Below, one piece after another: positions 21,778-32,200 of a stretch of 64,000 bases of DNA. The position numbers and the translations under genes were made by a program. The stretch comes from Candidatus Omnitrophota bacterium (GTDB taxonomy: Bacteria > Omnitrophota > Gorgyraeia > Duberdicusellales > 4484-171): NCBI GenBank assembly GCA_018818105.1, contig JAHISK010000055.1, forward strand, positions 4,781-68,780. Reading direction: 5' to 3'. Under the pieces are notes generated by a model. That model worked only from the letters and a program-made list of their open reading frames with translations. It was not told where the DNA came from and did no database searches. The first letter of the stretch is position 1. The number at the start of each line of letters is the position of its first letter.

Positions 21778-21806
21778 AATATACCACACTAATCTAATGT
21801 TTTCAA
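21778..21806 (-). promoter_or_regulatory. Sigma70-like promoter for the giant-gene leader (-35 TTGAAA, 17-nt spacer, extended -10 TGgTATATT) on the minus strand
   Basis: The reverse complement of 21761-21810 reads ttgcTTGAAAacattagattagtgTGgTATATTtaactac. Confidence 0.4.
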
Positions 21807-21839
21807 GCAAAAATAAGCTTTTTTTTAAAAAAAATTCAA

Positions 21840-21920
21840 TATTTTACTAAATGATATTGTTATGATTCGGCTTGATATCGTTATGATATTGTTATGATAT
21901 CATTGTGATGCTGTATCATA
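21840..21920. repeat. Array of ATGATAT / GTTATGATAT iterons and ATGATATCAT palindromes between the divergent giant-gene and RAYT promoters
   Basis: Sequence reads aaatgatattgttatgattcggcttgatatcgttatgatattgttatgatatcattgtgatgctgtatcata. Confidence 0.5.
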
Positions 21921-22065
21921 CAAATTCACCACCTAAAAAGATCCTCATATAACCATATCATAACCATGGTAGACGTCCCTAAAGGAGGGCCCTATAAAAA
22001 ATTTTAAAAATTTGAAAGAAAAACACCTTCTCATTCGTCTATTATATAAGAGGGTGAAATTCACA

Positions 22066-22617
22066 ATGAAAAACAGAAAAAAGAACAGATTGCTTGGATA
22101 TGATTATCGGCAATATGGCTATTATTTTGTAACCATTTGTAGCAACAATAGGATCAAATGGTTTGGAAATATTGAAAATAACCATATGGTTTTAAATCTA
22201 TCTGGGCAAATTGTTCGACAACAATTGCAATGGTTAGAAAAAAGGTATTCGTATATAAAATTAGATGAATACATTATTATGCCCAATCATATACATGGAA
22301 TAATAATTATAAAAAATTATGTAGGGAACGGTCGCGACCGTTCCCTACAACAAATAAAATCATTATCATCAATAATAGGCGCGTTTAAAACAACGTCGTC
22401 AAAATTAATCCATCGAAATAAATTATTAGAATTCAAATGGCAAAAATCATTTCATGATCATATAATCAGAAACGATAAATCATTACACCAAATCCGCGAA
22501 TATATTATAAATAACCCTCTGAATTGGAATAACGATGAAAATAATATTATTCCAAAATATAGTAAGGACGGTATCTCCAAAAAGCCCCTCCCGACAATAA
22601 AAAACCGGCTATTTTGA
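22066..22617 (+). mobile_element. RAYT / IS200-like HuH tyrosine transposase (Y1 transposase, TnpA_REP-like)
   Basis: HuH motif NHIHGII and catalytic tyrosine in IREYIINNP. Core reads YYFVTICSNNR. The start is chosen at the internal Met with an AGAGGGTGA ribosome-binding site; the track ORF starts at 22012. Confidence 0.65.
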
Positions 22618-22632
22618 AATAGCCGGAATTAT
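22598..22632. terminator. Bidirectional terminator hairpin (CCGGCTATTT-TGAA-AAATAGCCGG) between the convergent RAYT and WD40 genes
   Basis: Perfect 10-bp stem. The minus-strand reading is followed by TTTTT. Confidence 0.5.
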
Positions 22633-22656
22633 AATCATCTAGTTTTAGGTATAATT

Positions 22657-23838
22657 TTAATTTGGCTGGAGATATTCAGATATTACGTTTTCTTTAGGAT
22701 TAGCTTCCTGAACCGCTTCCACTCCCGATTCAGATATTAAATCCCGCCAGTTATAAATAAATACTTTTCCTTCTTTTCCCGCTACGGCTAAGTATTTACC
22801 ATTATTAGAAAAAGCAAAATCAAATATCGGCTGACTTGAAAACACAGGTATCAATTTAATCAATTTCATTGTGGAAAGATCCCAAATACGTAAATCACCA
22901 AACTGACTCGATGTAACAAAAAACTTATCATCTCTAGAAAAACCTACTCTGGTCACCCATCCCTTATGAATATAATACAGTATCGGCTCATCTGATAGAA
23001 GCAATTTTCCTTTCTTGAAATCTAGGCGCCAAAGATTAGCAATATTATCCGCGCCGCCGGAAGCAAGAAACCCTCCCTTGGGAGAAAATTTGGCGTCTAA
23101 CACTATATGCATATGCGCCTCTAAGATTTTTTGCGTATCTTTAGTTCCTATAGGCCATATACGTATTTCTTTATCTTTACCTGAAGAAACTAAATATTTA
23201 TTATTTGGATGAAACGATACCGAATACACACTACCTTGATGTCCCGTTAAAGACGTGACATGATAAAACCCGCCATCTTTAGCCTCCCAAAGCTCAATTA
23301 AATTGTCTAAATTAGCTGACGCCAATATACTATTATCCGGCGAGAATTGAAGAGCATCTATCGTTCCTGTATAAGCGCGAATTGTTTTTACCAAACTTTT
23401 ACTGGCAATATCCCAAACTTTAATAAACTGGTCTGCCCCGCCGGAAGCAAGATACTTACCGTCGGATGAAAACGCGACAGCATAAGCTTCTTTAGCGTGT
23501 CCCGCTAAAGTAAAACCTAATGAAAACCGCTTCTTAGTTTCCCACAATTTTATGCCACCACTTCTATCGGCTGTAACTAAAAATTCATCATTTTTGGGAG
23601 AAAACGCTACTGCCAATACAGGAAAATCTAACGTTACTTCTCCTACATGAGGAATTTTTCGTAAAATCCCCGCTTCAGCCATTATTGTATCCAAGCTTTG
23701 TTTTCTAGCCGCGCCGACAACTGTGTCCCCAGAATCTTGAGAAAACACTCCTCTCTCTGAAAGCAAAAAAAAGAGACTGACCAATATACCGATAAAAACA
23801 AACAAAAATATGTTTTTTCTAATCTTATAAATTTCCAT
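22657..23838 (-). CDS. Secreted or membrane-anchored WD40 beta-propeller repeat protein
   Basis: N-terminal hydrophobic segment IFLFVFIGILVSLFFLL. Repeated WD motifs: LAGHAKEAYAVAFSSDGKYLASGGADQFIKVWD, LTGHQGSVYSVSFHP..., IRIWP. Confidence 0.75.
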   Translation of the reverse strand: MEIYKIRKNIFLFVFIGILVSLFFLLSERGVFSQDSGDTVVGAARKQSLDTIMAEAGILRKIPHVGEVTLDFPVLAVAFSPKNDEFLVTADRSGGIKLWETKKRFSLGFTLAGHAKEAYAVAFSSDGKYLASGGADQFIKVWDIASKSLVKTIRAYTGTIDALQFSPDNSILASANLDNLIELWEAKDGGFYHVTSLTGHQGSVYSVSFHPNNKYLVSSGKDKEIRIWPIGTKDTQKILEAHMHIVLDAKFSPKGGFLASGGADNIANLWRLDFKKGKLLLSDEPILYYIHKGWVTRVGFSRDDKFFVTSSQFGDLRIWDLSTMKLIKLIPVFSSQPIFDFAFSNNGKYLAVAGKEGKVFIYNWRDLISESGVEAVQEANPKENVISEYLQPN

Positions 23839-23865
23839 ACCACCCCTCCATCTTTTTCAATTCTT

Positions 23866-23900
23866 CCGTCTTCTGGTTTCTATACTCTGGTTTCTGATTA
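23866..23900. repeat. REP-like GAAACCAG-family repeat (CTGGTTTC orientation), single copy
   Basis: Sequence reads ttctggtttctatactctggtttctgatt. Confidence 0.5.
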
Positions 23901-23907
23901 CTCTATA

Positions 23908-25296
23908 TTATATCCCATACTCTTCCAATCCTAAAATTCTTAGTTTTCTTCCGTCTTCTACTTCCCCATGAGCCTCTAAAACTATAATATCCGATTCCTT
24001 TATGCCGCTTAAAATCTGAGTATAATCCGGACCCATATAACCTATTTTCACTTCTCTAAAGGTTATAGTTCCACTGCCTTCTCCTCGTTTAATTTTTTCT
24101 AAATCAATACCTTGATCTAATTTAACCACAGGAATAACAACAACATCCGGCGTCATTTGTAACAAGCTCATTGTTGGAACCATTATTTCTGAATCGAATT
24201 TTGCTAGAAGAATCGAAACCTGCGCGAACATCCCAGGAAGAAGAACTTTTTCTTCATCCACAATATTAACCTCGGCTTTCATTGTCCGGCTTCTTCCTTC
24301 AACAATAGGATAAAGATTACCTACTTTACCAATGAATTCTTTATTAGGATAAGCGTCTACTTTAATTACCGCTGTCTGTCCAATAGAAGCTTTATGAATA
24401 TCACGTTCCACAACACCAACCTCGGCATATACATCTTTAAGCCCTAACAAGTTTACTACAATATCCCGCGGTGTAAAAAATTCTCCCTCTTCAGCATCCC
24501 GCGATCCAACTATACCGTCTATCGGCGAGCGTAACTCTGTTTTTTCTAGCGAAGACGTGGCCATCTTAAATTCCTCTTGAGACACTCTTACCTTAGCCCG
24601 TTCACTTTCAATCCGTAGCTTAACTTCTTGTAATTTGCTTTCTATTATCGCTCCTTTGTCATATAATAAAGTATTTAACTCCAGCTCCTTTTCAGCTGCC
24701 CCTAACGCCGCGGTATCAGAGTCCAGTTTACCTTGAGCACGAGCTATCGCTAATAGTGAATCCTTCTTATTAAGTATCGCGATAATTTCTCCTTCTTTTA
24801 CGCGGTCGCCTTCTTTTACCATAATTTTATCAATAACCCCTTCTTTTTCAAACCTCATCTTAATTTCTTTCGAGCTTTTAATATCTCCCGTTACTGGTAA
24901 CGCGTTTTCATACCTTACCTTTTTCACGTTAAATACCCTCGCCGGCAAAGGCGGTTCCTGACTAACTTCTTCTCCCTGCTGCAACAGCTTACCCAAAATA
25001 CCCTGAATTTTTTCTTCTTTCGAGGCTTTTTCATCTTCATGATATTTTTTTTGTTCCTCTAGCATCTCCAGCAAAGAAATATCCTCTTCTCCCTCGCCAT
25101 TTGTTTCATCCGCTAAATTAGAGTCTTCTTCTACCACGTATCCCGAAGCATATTCTTCAGTGTCAACTGAAACAGATTCTATCTCTTTTCCCCTATTTAC
25201 TCGTTGAGCCCTTTGAGATGAATCCCATAAAACTAACACCGCAAAAATAACTATAATCACCACAAAAACAAAAAATAATTTCTTTTTCTCATTCAT
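23908..25296 (-). CDS. Efflux RND transporter periplasmic adaptor subunit (HlyD/MFP family)
   Basis: N-terminal TM helix, coiled-coil hairpin region and a beta-barrel/lipoyl-like region (...RSPIDGIVG..., ...LLPGMFAQV...). Confidence 0.7.
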   Translation of the reverse strand: MNEKKKLFFVFVVIIVIFAVLVLWDSSQRAQRVNRGKEIESVSVDTEEYASGYVVEEDSNLADETNGEGEEDISLLEMLEEQKKYHEDEKASKEEKIQGILGKLLQQGEEVSQEPPLPARVFNVKKVRYENALPVTGDIKSSKEIKMRFEKEGVIDKIMVKEGDRVKEGEIIAILNKKDSLLAIARAQGKLDSDTAALGAAEKELELNTLLYDKGAIIESKLQEVKLRIESERAKVRVSQEEFKMATSSLEKTELRSPIDGIVGSRDAEEGEFFTPRDIVVNLLGLKDVYAEVGVVERDIHKASIGQTAVIKVDAYPNKEFIGKVGNLYPIVEGRSRTMKAEVNIVDEEKVLLPGMFAQVSILLAKFDSEIMVPTMSLLQMTPDVVVIPVVKLDQGIDLEKIKRGEGSGTITFREVKIGYMGPDYTQILSGIKESDIIVLEAHGEVEDGRKLRILGLEEYGI

Positions 25297-25324
25297 AACT
25301 TTTCTCTCCCTTAAATATTACTGA

Positions 25325-27397
25325 TTAATCTTTCTTACAGATTTGTGTATTTTCAACAAACGGGAATAACCCTAAGGAATAAGATGTGGTATTATCTAAA
25401 CTCGCTAAAGAAATCAGATAACTTACCTTAGCACGAATTAATGCCAATCGCTTACGTATATAATCCGCCCTAGCCTTAACTATTTCTGAAAGATTGGCTT
25501 TTCCTATTTTAAATGCTTCTTTTTTTAAATCTAAATTCACACTGCTAAATTTAGCCTCAAATAAAGCAACCTCATATTCATCATAAGACTGCTGATACTC
25601 TAAAAAACTTTTTCTAGTATCAAAAACTACTTCCTGTTTATTCCTAGATAAATTACTCAAATTTTGAGAGTACGCGATATCGGCTTCTTTTTTCTGCACA
25701 TAATACTGTAACTTATCCATAATACCTAATTTTGCCGAATACGTTGTTGACGCGACTTTTCGAGAAATCTCTGTTACGTCTTTAGAACTTATTCTTTCAT
25801 CAGAACTGGATACTTCAAAAGAATTACCGCCAAACAGCCATGTAACAACGCCCATCATCTTCCATTCTTCACCTAAATTTAAATCTTGCTCAGAAAAAGC
25901 CTCACCTGAAGCGCCATAAGAAGTAACAACATCAAACCGGGGCGCGCTTTCACTACTGGCAATATCTCTAGCGTATTTCGCTGATTCTAAACTTATTTCC
26001 CACAACTTAACATCAGGTTTATTTTCTAATGCTAGCTTTATACACCGGTCAACATCAATATCTATTTCCCCCAACAATGGGATTTCCTTCTCTATAAAAG
26101 CAATCTTTTCTTCCGGCGGTAAATTCATAGCCGCGCGCAACTTTGCTTTTGACAATATAAGTTCATTATTAGTTTGTCCTATCATGTTTAAGGTTCGTTT
26201 ATTTTCTGCTTCTATTTCCATAAACTCAATTCGGGAAATAGCTTTGACTTCATAAATATCTTTAGCTAAATTAAAATCACGGCTGATATTTTCTTTAAAA
26301 GAAGATAACTCTTCCAACTCTTCATTCTTTCCTAAAATATTAACATAAGACCTAACAACCTCTAATTTCAATTCCTGCAAAGTCTTTTTATATTCATTCT
26401 CCGCTACTTCAAGATTTAATTTTTCTTTACGAAAAGTTTTAGCGGTTTTACCTCGATCATAAAGATTATGTCTTAATTGAATAGCATAAGCCTGGCTTTC
26501 ATAAGGATCGGTTATAGTATTGCCTTCGGAAACACTATACTGCATTTCCATTTTTGGAAATAAATTTCTCCTAGATTCATTTATTTTCAAACGCGCTAAG
26601 CCCAACTGCTGCCGCGCTACTTTCGCGGGATCAGACTTATCTAACGCTTCCTTGAATAATCTTTCAGCTTCCGTAACTACTCCTCTTATTTTACCCTCCT
26701 CTCCTATAAATTCTCTACCCACAGAAGTTTCGGATAACATCATTTCTGGTTGTCCACTGGGTTTACTCTTCCCAACCTTTGCGCTGATATCTACCTTATG
26801 TTCTCCCGAATCTATCATAGATTGATCATTCATCTTGATATCGCTTTTACACCTCGCTTTCTCAATTTCATCATCTATTAGCTTCTTTCTTCTACTTTCG
26901 TCTTTCCCTTCTATCTCTATCTCCCCTGCCCCTATTCTCTCTTCTCCATCTCCTCTCCTATCTCCTATCTCCTGCTTGCCCTCCGTAGCCTTGGCGAAGG
27001 AGGGTCTTCGGTCTTCAGTCTGACATCCCACAACTTCTATAGGCAACCTCATTGTTAACTTAGTTCCTTGGGAAGCCGGCAACGGTGGATATGGTGATAA
27101 CGCTTTGACCAAATTCTTAGCTTCCCAATCAAAATCGGGTACGCCGGAACTGTTTACCACTCTGACTAAATATATCTTGCCGCTAGATAAAATGCTAACC
27201 TCTAAAACAGTACGTATTTTACCCGCGGGAATAGTTGAGTGAGGAAACTGACTATATTGGATATGATTAGCTATTCTTCGCGAAACCGTAGATACATAAT
27301 CAGTTACATCATCTTCGGCAAAAGATAACGACATACCGCCTAAAAAAACAAAACCAGTAACCGCCAGAACAATAAAAGCATTCTTTATTTTTTTCAT
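25325..27397 (-). CDS. TolC-like outer membrane efflux factor with an N-terminal TonB C-terminal-like domain
   Basis: Signal peptide, then YLVRVVNSSGVPDFDWEAKNLVKALSPYPPLP (TonB_C-like), a low-complexity linker, then outer-membrane-factor coiled-coil/barrel repeats. Confidence 0.6.
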   Translation of the reverse strand: MKKIKNAFIVLAVTGFVFLGGMSLSFAEDDVTDYVSTVSRRIANHIQYSQFPHSTIPAGKIRTVLEVSILSSGKIYLVRVVNSSGVPDFDWEAKNLVKALSPYPPLPASQGTKLTMRLPIEVVGCQTEDRRPSFAKATEGKQEIGDRRGDGEERIGAGEIEIEGKDESRRKKLIDDEIEKARCKSDIKMNDQSMIDSGEHKVDISAKVGKSKPSGQPEMMLSETSVGREFIGEEGKIRGVVTEAERLFKEALDKSDPAKVARQQLGLARLKINESRRNLFPKMEMQYSVSEGNTITDPYESQAYAIQLRHNLYDRGKTAKTFRKEKLNLEVAENEYKKTLQELKLEVVRSYVNILGKNEELEELSSFKENISRDFNLAKDIYEVKAISRIEFMEIEAENKRTLNMIGQTNNELILSKAKLRAAMNLPPEEKIAFIEKEIPLLGEIDIDVDRCIKLALENKPDVKLWEISLESAKYARDIASSESAPRFDVVTSYGASGEAFSEQDLNLGEEWKMMGVVTWLFGGNSFEVSSSDERISSKDVTEISRKVASTTYSAKLGIMDKLQYYVQKKEADIAYSQNLSNLSRNKQEVVFDTRKSFLEYQQSYDEYEVALFEAKFSSVNLDLKKEAFKIGKANLSEIVKARADYIRKRLALIRAKVSYLISLASLDNTTSYSLGLFPFVENTQICKKD

Positions 27398-27453
27398 ATT
27401 ATAAATTTATTTTATCCAGATATCGCCCACATGTCAATCTCATCGACGTAAAA

Positions 27454-27485
27454 AGAAACCAGTAACCAGTTTACAGAAACCAGAA
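27454..27485. repeat. REP-like repeat AGAAACCAGTAACCAGTTTACAGAAACCAGAA; left arm of the inverted pair flanking 4HB gene 27497..27853
   Basis: Identical copy at 29112-29143. Reverse-complement partner at 27880-27914. Confidence 0.7.
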
Positions 27486-27496
27486 AATTGCCCAAA

Positions 27497-27853
27497 TCAA
27501 CTATTTAATAAACCTCTCAGCATACTTGTAATTTCTCTAACAGCTAACCTTAACTCTAAATAACATTGTTCCTCTATCAAATTCTGTCTTTTTAAAACAT
27601 TAAGAACAGACGCACATTCTCTTGCAGAATCAGAAGAAATATCAAAATATCTATTCTTTTCTTTTTTAGATTTCTTACCATTTCCCTCTGCTATATTATT
27701 AGCAATAGATAATGCCGCTCTAATAAAATTATTACCAATAGAATATTTATAATCGATTTTTAATCGTTTATATATTTCAAATACTTTGTCTATAAAAACT
27801 AACGTCTTCTGATATACTTTTAAATTTTCAAAATCAAATCTAAACTCTTCCAT
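27497..27853 (-). CDS. Four-helix-bundle protein (23S rRNA intervening-sequence protein family, TIGR02436-like)
   Basis: YQKTLVFIDKVFEIYKRL...AALSIANNIAEGNGK...ECASVLNVL is typical of this family. Confidence 0.75.
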   Translation of the reverse strand: MEEFRFDFENLKVYQKTLVFIDKVFEIYKRLKIDYKYSIGNNFIRAALSIANNIAEGNGKKSKKEKNRYFDISSDSARECASVLNVLKRQNLIEEQCYLELRLAVREITSMLRGLLNS

Positions 27854-27855
27854 TC

Positions 27856-29088
27856 CTATTTGCTCTCTCTTCTCTCTTGTTCTCTGGTTTCTGTACTCTG
27901 GTTTCTGGTTTCTAATAAAAAATATCTCCCCGGCCCAGAAGGGCCATGCGGCATTATAAATCCTTTATCCTGCATTTCCTTTAAATCACGCGCCGCTGTT
28001 GGAGTAGAAACATCAAATTTATCAGAATACTCTTTTCTTGTAATTTTTTGATTTTCTTTTAAATATTCTAATGTTTTTCTTTGTCGGTCATTTAAATCTA
28101 AGATTCGCGTAGCCTCATTTTTACTAACTTCAGCCACCGGAGATTTTTCTTCTAGCACAGGTTCATTTACTGATTCCTTACTCTGAAGTTGTTTTCTTAA
28201 AGATTCTATTTCCCTATTTAAATCCTCAATCTTTTTTGACAATTCTTCATTTTTTTTAATCATTTCCTCATCTACCGACTCTTGGATAGGTTGCTCTTCT
28301 CTTTCTTTAATCTGCCGCTGTAATTCATCATTTCTACCCACAGCTTCCTTTAACTTAGCCGCTACTTGCTCAAGCTTTACCGCCTGTTCCTTTATTTTCT
28401 GTTTGCTCTGCTCCGGATCCGGCGCTTGCGCTGCCTGAGCTTGGTAATCTTTAATTTTTTCGTCTTTATTTTTTAACTCTTCTCTTACTTTATCCAGCTG
28501 ACTCTGGCTTTCCTGAATTTTTGCCTGCATTAAGTCCTCTTTCTTAATAAGTAACTCTTTTTCTTCTTTTAATTTCGCTGACGCGATCTGCGCTTCTTTC
28601 GTTCTTATCTCTAACTCGCTCAATGCTTTACGTAACTCTTCCTCTTTAGTTTTTAACTTGTCGACGGTAGTTTTAAGCTCAGTTTGTAGAGAACCTAATT
28701 TAGAATCAAATCCTGCTTTATTAGCGTCTATTTTATTTAATTGATCCTGAAGCTGGATAACTTTAGCTTCATGAGAATTCTTCTCAACTGTTACATCCTG
28801 AAGTTGATTCCTTAAATTATCTACATTCAAATTAGCATCGTTACATGCTTGATCTTTTTCCTGTAGCTGCTTCTTTAGTATTTCTAATTCCTCGGATAAA
28901 GAATTTATTTGCTCTCCAGCCGCTGATTCCTGTTCATTATAAGATTCTTTCGTTTCTTCTCGAGCATGTTTTATATTATCTTCCCGCGAAGACTCCCTTT
29001 CCTCAGCAGATTTCTCTTCGGGGAAAAAAATATAGTACAACATAACAATCGCGCCCGCCCCAACTAATAATACAAGAATAAAAAACAA
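27856..29088 (-). CDS. Membrane-anchored long coiled-coil protein with C-terminal winged-helix DNA-binding-like domain
   Basis: N-terminal TM helix MFFILVLLVGAGAIVMLYYIFF, then about 300 aa of K/E/Q-rich coiled coil. C-terminus reads ITRKEYSDKFDVSTPTAARDLKEMQDKGFI...GRYFLL. The 3' end of the ORF reads through a GAAACCAG repeat. Confidence 0.55.
   Translation of the reverse strand: MFFILVLLVGAGAIVMLYYIFFPEEKSAEERESSREDNIKHAREETKESYNEQESAAGEQINSLSEELEILKKQLQEKDQACNDANLNVDNLRNQLQDVTVEKNSHEAKVIQLQDQLNKIDANKAGFDSKLGSLQTELKTTVDKLKTKEEELRKALSELEIRTKEAQIASAKLKEEKELLIKKEDLMQAKIQESQSQLDKVREELKNKDEKIKDYQAQAAQAPDPEQSKQKIKEQAVKLEQVAAKLKEAVGRNDELQRQIKEREEQPIQESVDEEMIKKNEELSKKIEDLNREIESLRKQLQSKESVNEPVLEEKSPVAEVSKNEATRILDLNDRQRKTLEYLKENQKITRKEYSDKFDVSTPTAARDLKEMQDKGFIMPHGPSGPGRYFLLETRNQSTETREQERRESK
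27880..27914. repeat. REP-like repeat (CTGGTTTC orientation); right arm of the inverted pair flanking 4HB gene 27497..27853
   Basis: Sequence reads ttctctggtttctgtactctggtttctggtttctaa, the reverse complement of the 27454-27485 family. Confidence 0.7.
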
Positions 29089-29111
29089 AATATTTTTCCT
29101 TTTCTTTTTAT

Positions 29112-29208
29112 AGAAACCAGTAACCAGTTTACAGAAACCAGAATTAAATTTTTATTAATTTCCTCTGGTTATTCTTTCTTCTTTTACATTCTCTGGTTTC
29201 TGGTTACT
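29112..29208. repeat. REPIN-like doublet: GAAACCAG-family repeat (29112-29143) and its inverted partner (29191-29208) separated by about 47 nt
   Basis: agaaaccagtaaccagtttacagaaaccagaa ... ctctggtttctggttact. Confidence 0.65.
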
Positions 29209-29274
29209 TAACTACATTCTACCCAACAACTTACACCTTATCAATCAAAAAATATATTTTATTATTATTTTTAA

Positions 29275-32200
29275 TCAAAGAGATCGAGGCTTAATGAAAG
29301 AAAATATCTTTTTTATATCCTCTGCCATCATATAAATAGATGGAATAATAAAAAGCGTTAAAAAAGTAGAAGTTATCATACCCCCTACAACTGTTACTGC
29401 CAACGGCCGCCAAAGAGAAGAAGTTCCTCCTCTTTGAAAAATTAACGGAATCATTGTTAAAATGGTAGTTAAACTTGTCATAAGAATCGGGCGCAGCCGC
29501 CAAACGACTGCCTTAATTATAGATTCTCGCGCTCCAAAAAAACTATTATTTTTTAAACCTTTATACGCGCCTACGCCGCGCAGCCGGTTAATATAATCTA
29601 TCAGAATAATAGCATTGTTTACTACTATCCCTATAAGAATAACCGAGCCTATATATACGCCTAAACCTATAGGTTCTCCTGATAAACGCAACCCTATTCC
29701 TACCCCAATTATAGCCATGGGCACAGAACTTAACACAATAAATGGTTGAGTATATGATTCAAACACAGAAGCTAATACAAGATATACTAAAAATAGCGCT
29801 AAAAACATCGCCTGAGTTAACTCTCGTTGATTACGTATCATTTTATCGTAATCACCGCCAAAACTATAATGATAATCTTTAGGAAAATCCATTCCGGCAA
29901 GCGCCTCATTTACTAAATCAGCGGATTCACTCAATGACAGCTTACCTGAATCAGCGCTTACCTGAACCATTCTTTCTTTATTTTTACGCCAAATTTCCGC
30001 GGGACCAACGCCAGATTTCACCTCAGCTATCTGCTGTAAATATACCATAGTATTATCCTTTCCTCTCAATGAAAGGTTATAAATATCAGTTAACGTGTCT
30101 CTAAACCCTTTTTCCAACCGCGCTATAGTTTCAATTTGACGCGTCCCTTCGCCTTCAAAGCTGCCAATTCCTCCCATCGCCGCGGAAAGTTTTTTAGTCT
30201 CCTGATGAACTAACTCGTTTCCGTAATTTTTTATCGTGGGTAAATTCTTAACTTCCGAACTCTGCGTCTTAAGCATTACTCCTTCGGCGGATGAAGCATG
30301 AAACCGTGTAGCAATCAACCCACGCAATTTAGCGTGCAAAATATTAGAAACATCCAGCATTGTAAGACCGTATAAAGCTAATTTATTTCTATCAAACAAA
30401 ATATGAACTTCCGGCCGGCCGCTGCGCATCCTTAACTTAACATCATTAAACTTACCCGTACTCTGAATTAATCCTCCTATTTGCTGGGCTAAACTTTTCA
30501 GCAATTCATAATCCGGGCCAAAAACTTCAACCATTATTTCCTTTCTACCAACAGATTCCGGCTGCTGCGCGTATACAAACGCCGGGTCCATATCTTTTGT
30601 TTTCTGTCGTATCTCTTCAATAATCTCATCAACCCCGCGCTTAGAGGAAGAAGGTTTTAACTCAACATAAATTTGTGAAGACCACCCTTTAATTCTTGAA
30701 GTGTGATTTTTTATTTCCGGGATACTATCTAAAATCGCCTCAACTTTCGTTACTACATCGTCGGAAATCTCTATCTTTGTACCTGACGGCATCTGAACGT
30801 ACACAGTAAACCTACTCTGTTCGGCTATCCCTATAAACTCACGTCCCAACCGAGACATCTGAATAAATACTATTATTAGTAAAATAACTGTTCCCGCGAT
30901 AAATAGATATCTTTTTCCTAACACAAAATTTATGCATTTCTTATATCCTCCTACTAAATCATTAAAACGATATCGTTCTATAATTTTGTAAATTTTGTGA
31001 AACCAAATTTTACTGTTTTTTCTCTCATCATTATTAGGTTCAATGACTTGTAATAATTCTTTATCCTCTCTTTTATTTTTTCTTCCCAAATTACCCTTCT
31101 TTGTTGATATTCGAGAAGCCAACAAAGGAACCAGTGTAAAAGAAAAAAATAAAGACGCGAATAACGAGAACACTACCGTTAACGCCAACCCACTGTACAA
31201 ACGTTTAATTTCTTTATTCACAAAAAATAAAGGTAAAAACACAACAATAGTTGTAAGCGTTGAAGCGGCTATCGCGATTAATACTTCGCTGGAACCTTCT
31301 TCAGCGGTTGTTTTTAAATCCTCTGATTCGCTCTGTTTATCAGCTTCCCTTAATTCCTCTCTTTTTTTAAAAATGTTCTCAAGAACAACAATGGAACTAT
31401 CCACTAATATTCCTATCCCTAAAGCTATTCCGCTTAAAGTAACAACATTAATACTAATTCCGCTAAGATACATTAAAGAAAAGGCCGTTATTACTGAAAA
31501 AGGAATAGTTAAAGCGACGACTAAAGTATATTTGAAGTTACGTAAAAAAAGCCATAGCACAATCATCGTTAAAAACGCGCCGATATATAAAGCGTGACGC
31601 ACGGTCGTAATTGCCTGTTTAATGTAATCAGCATGATTAAAATATGGGCGCGTATTTACATCTTGGGGCAAACTTTTCTTCAATTTAGCTAACTCTTTTT
31701 CTACTTCTTCAACAACTTTAATAGTGTTGGCTCCCGACGCTTTTTGAATATACAATGATACTGACGGTTCAGAATTCACTCTTGCCAAAGCATGAGGATC
31801 TAAATAAGAAACACTCACCTTAGCCAAATCTCTTATTCTAACCATATGAGCTTCCCCGCCGGGATTAATTGGCAAATCTTTTATGTCATCTAAAGAAACA
31901 AACTGTCCTACAGTTCTTACTAAATATGTTGTTGAACCGCGTTTTACGTCTCCCGCGACTAAATTCAAATTATTTACGTTTAGCGCCTGGATAACATCAT
32001 CTATGGTAATTCCGTGAGACCGTAACGCGACTTCGTTTAACTCAACAAAAATTTTCTCTTCCCTTCCTCCACCAACCTCAACTTTCGCCACGCCCTCAAT
32101 ACGAGAAAAACGGCTTTTCATTTTGCTTTCGGCTAACCGACGCAACTCCTCAACCGTTCTTATAGGACTGGTTACACCCAAAATAACTACCGGTACCTGT

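Noticed and set aside
683-21797. About 20 plus-strand ORFs of 60-114 aa listed in the ORF track (e.g. 3695..3964, 14844..15188, 20199..20456)
   Set aside because: All lie antisense to the continuous giant minus-strand reading frame. Their composition is low-complexity with no ribosome-binding sites, typical of shadow ORFs of an AT-rich coding strand.
22012-22065. Upstream 18 codons of the RAYT ORF
   Set aside because: The internal ATG at 22066 is preceded by an AGAGGGTGA ribosome-binding site, and the conserved transposase core starts just after it.
31043-31597. 184-aa plus-strand ORF inside the RND permease gene (also 33080..35251 plus-strand ORFs)
   Set aside because: Antisense to well-supported AcrB-family coding sequence.
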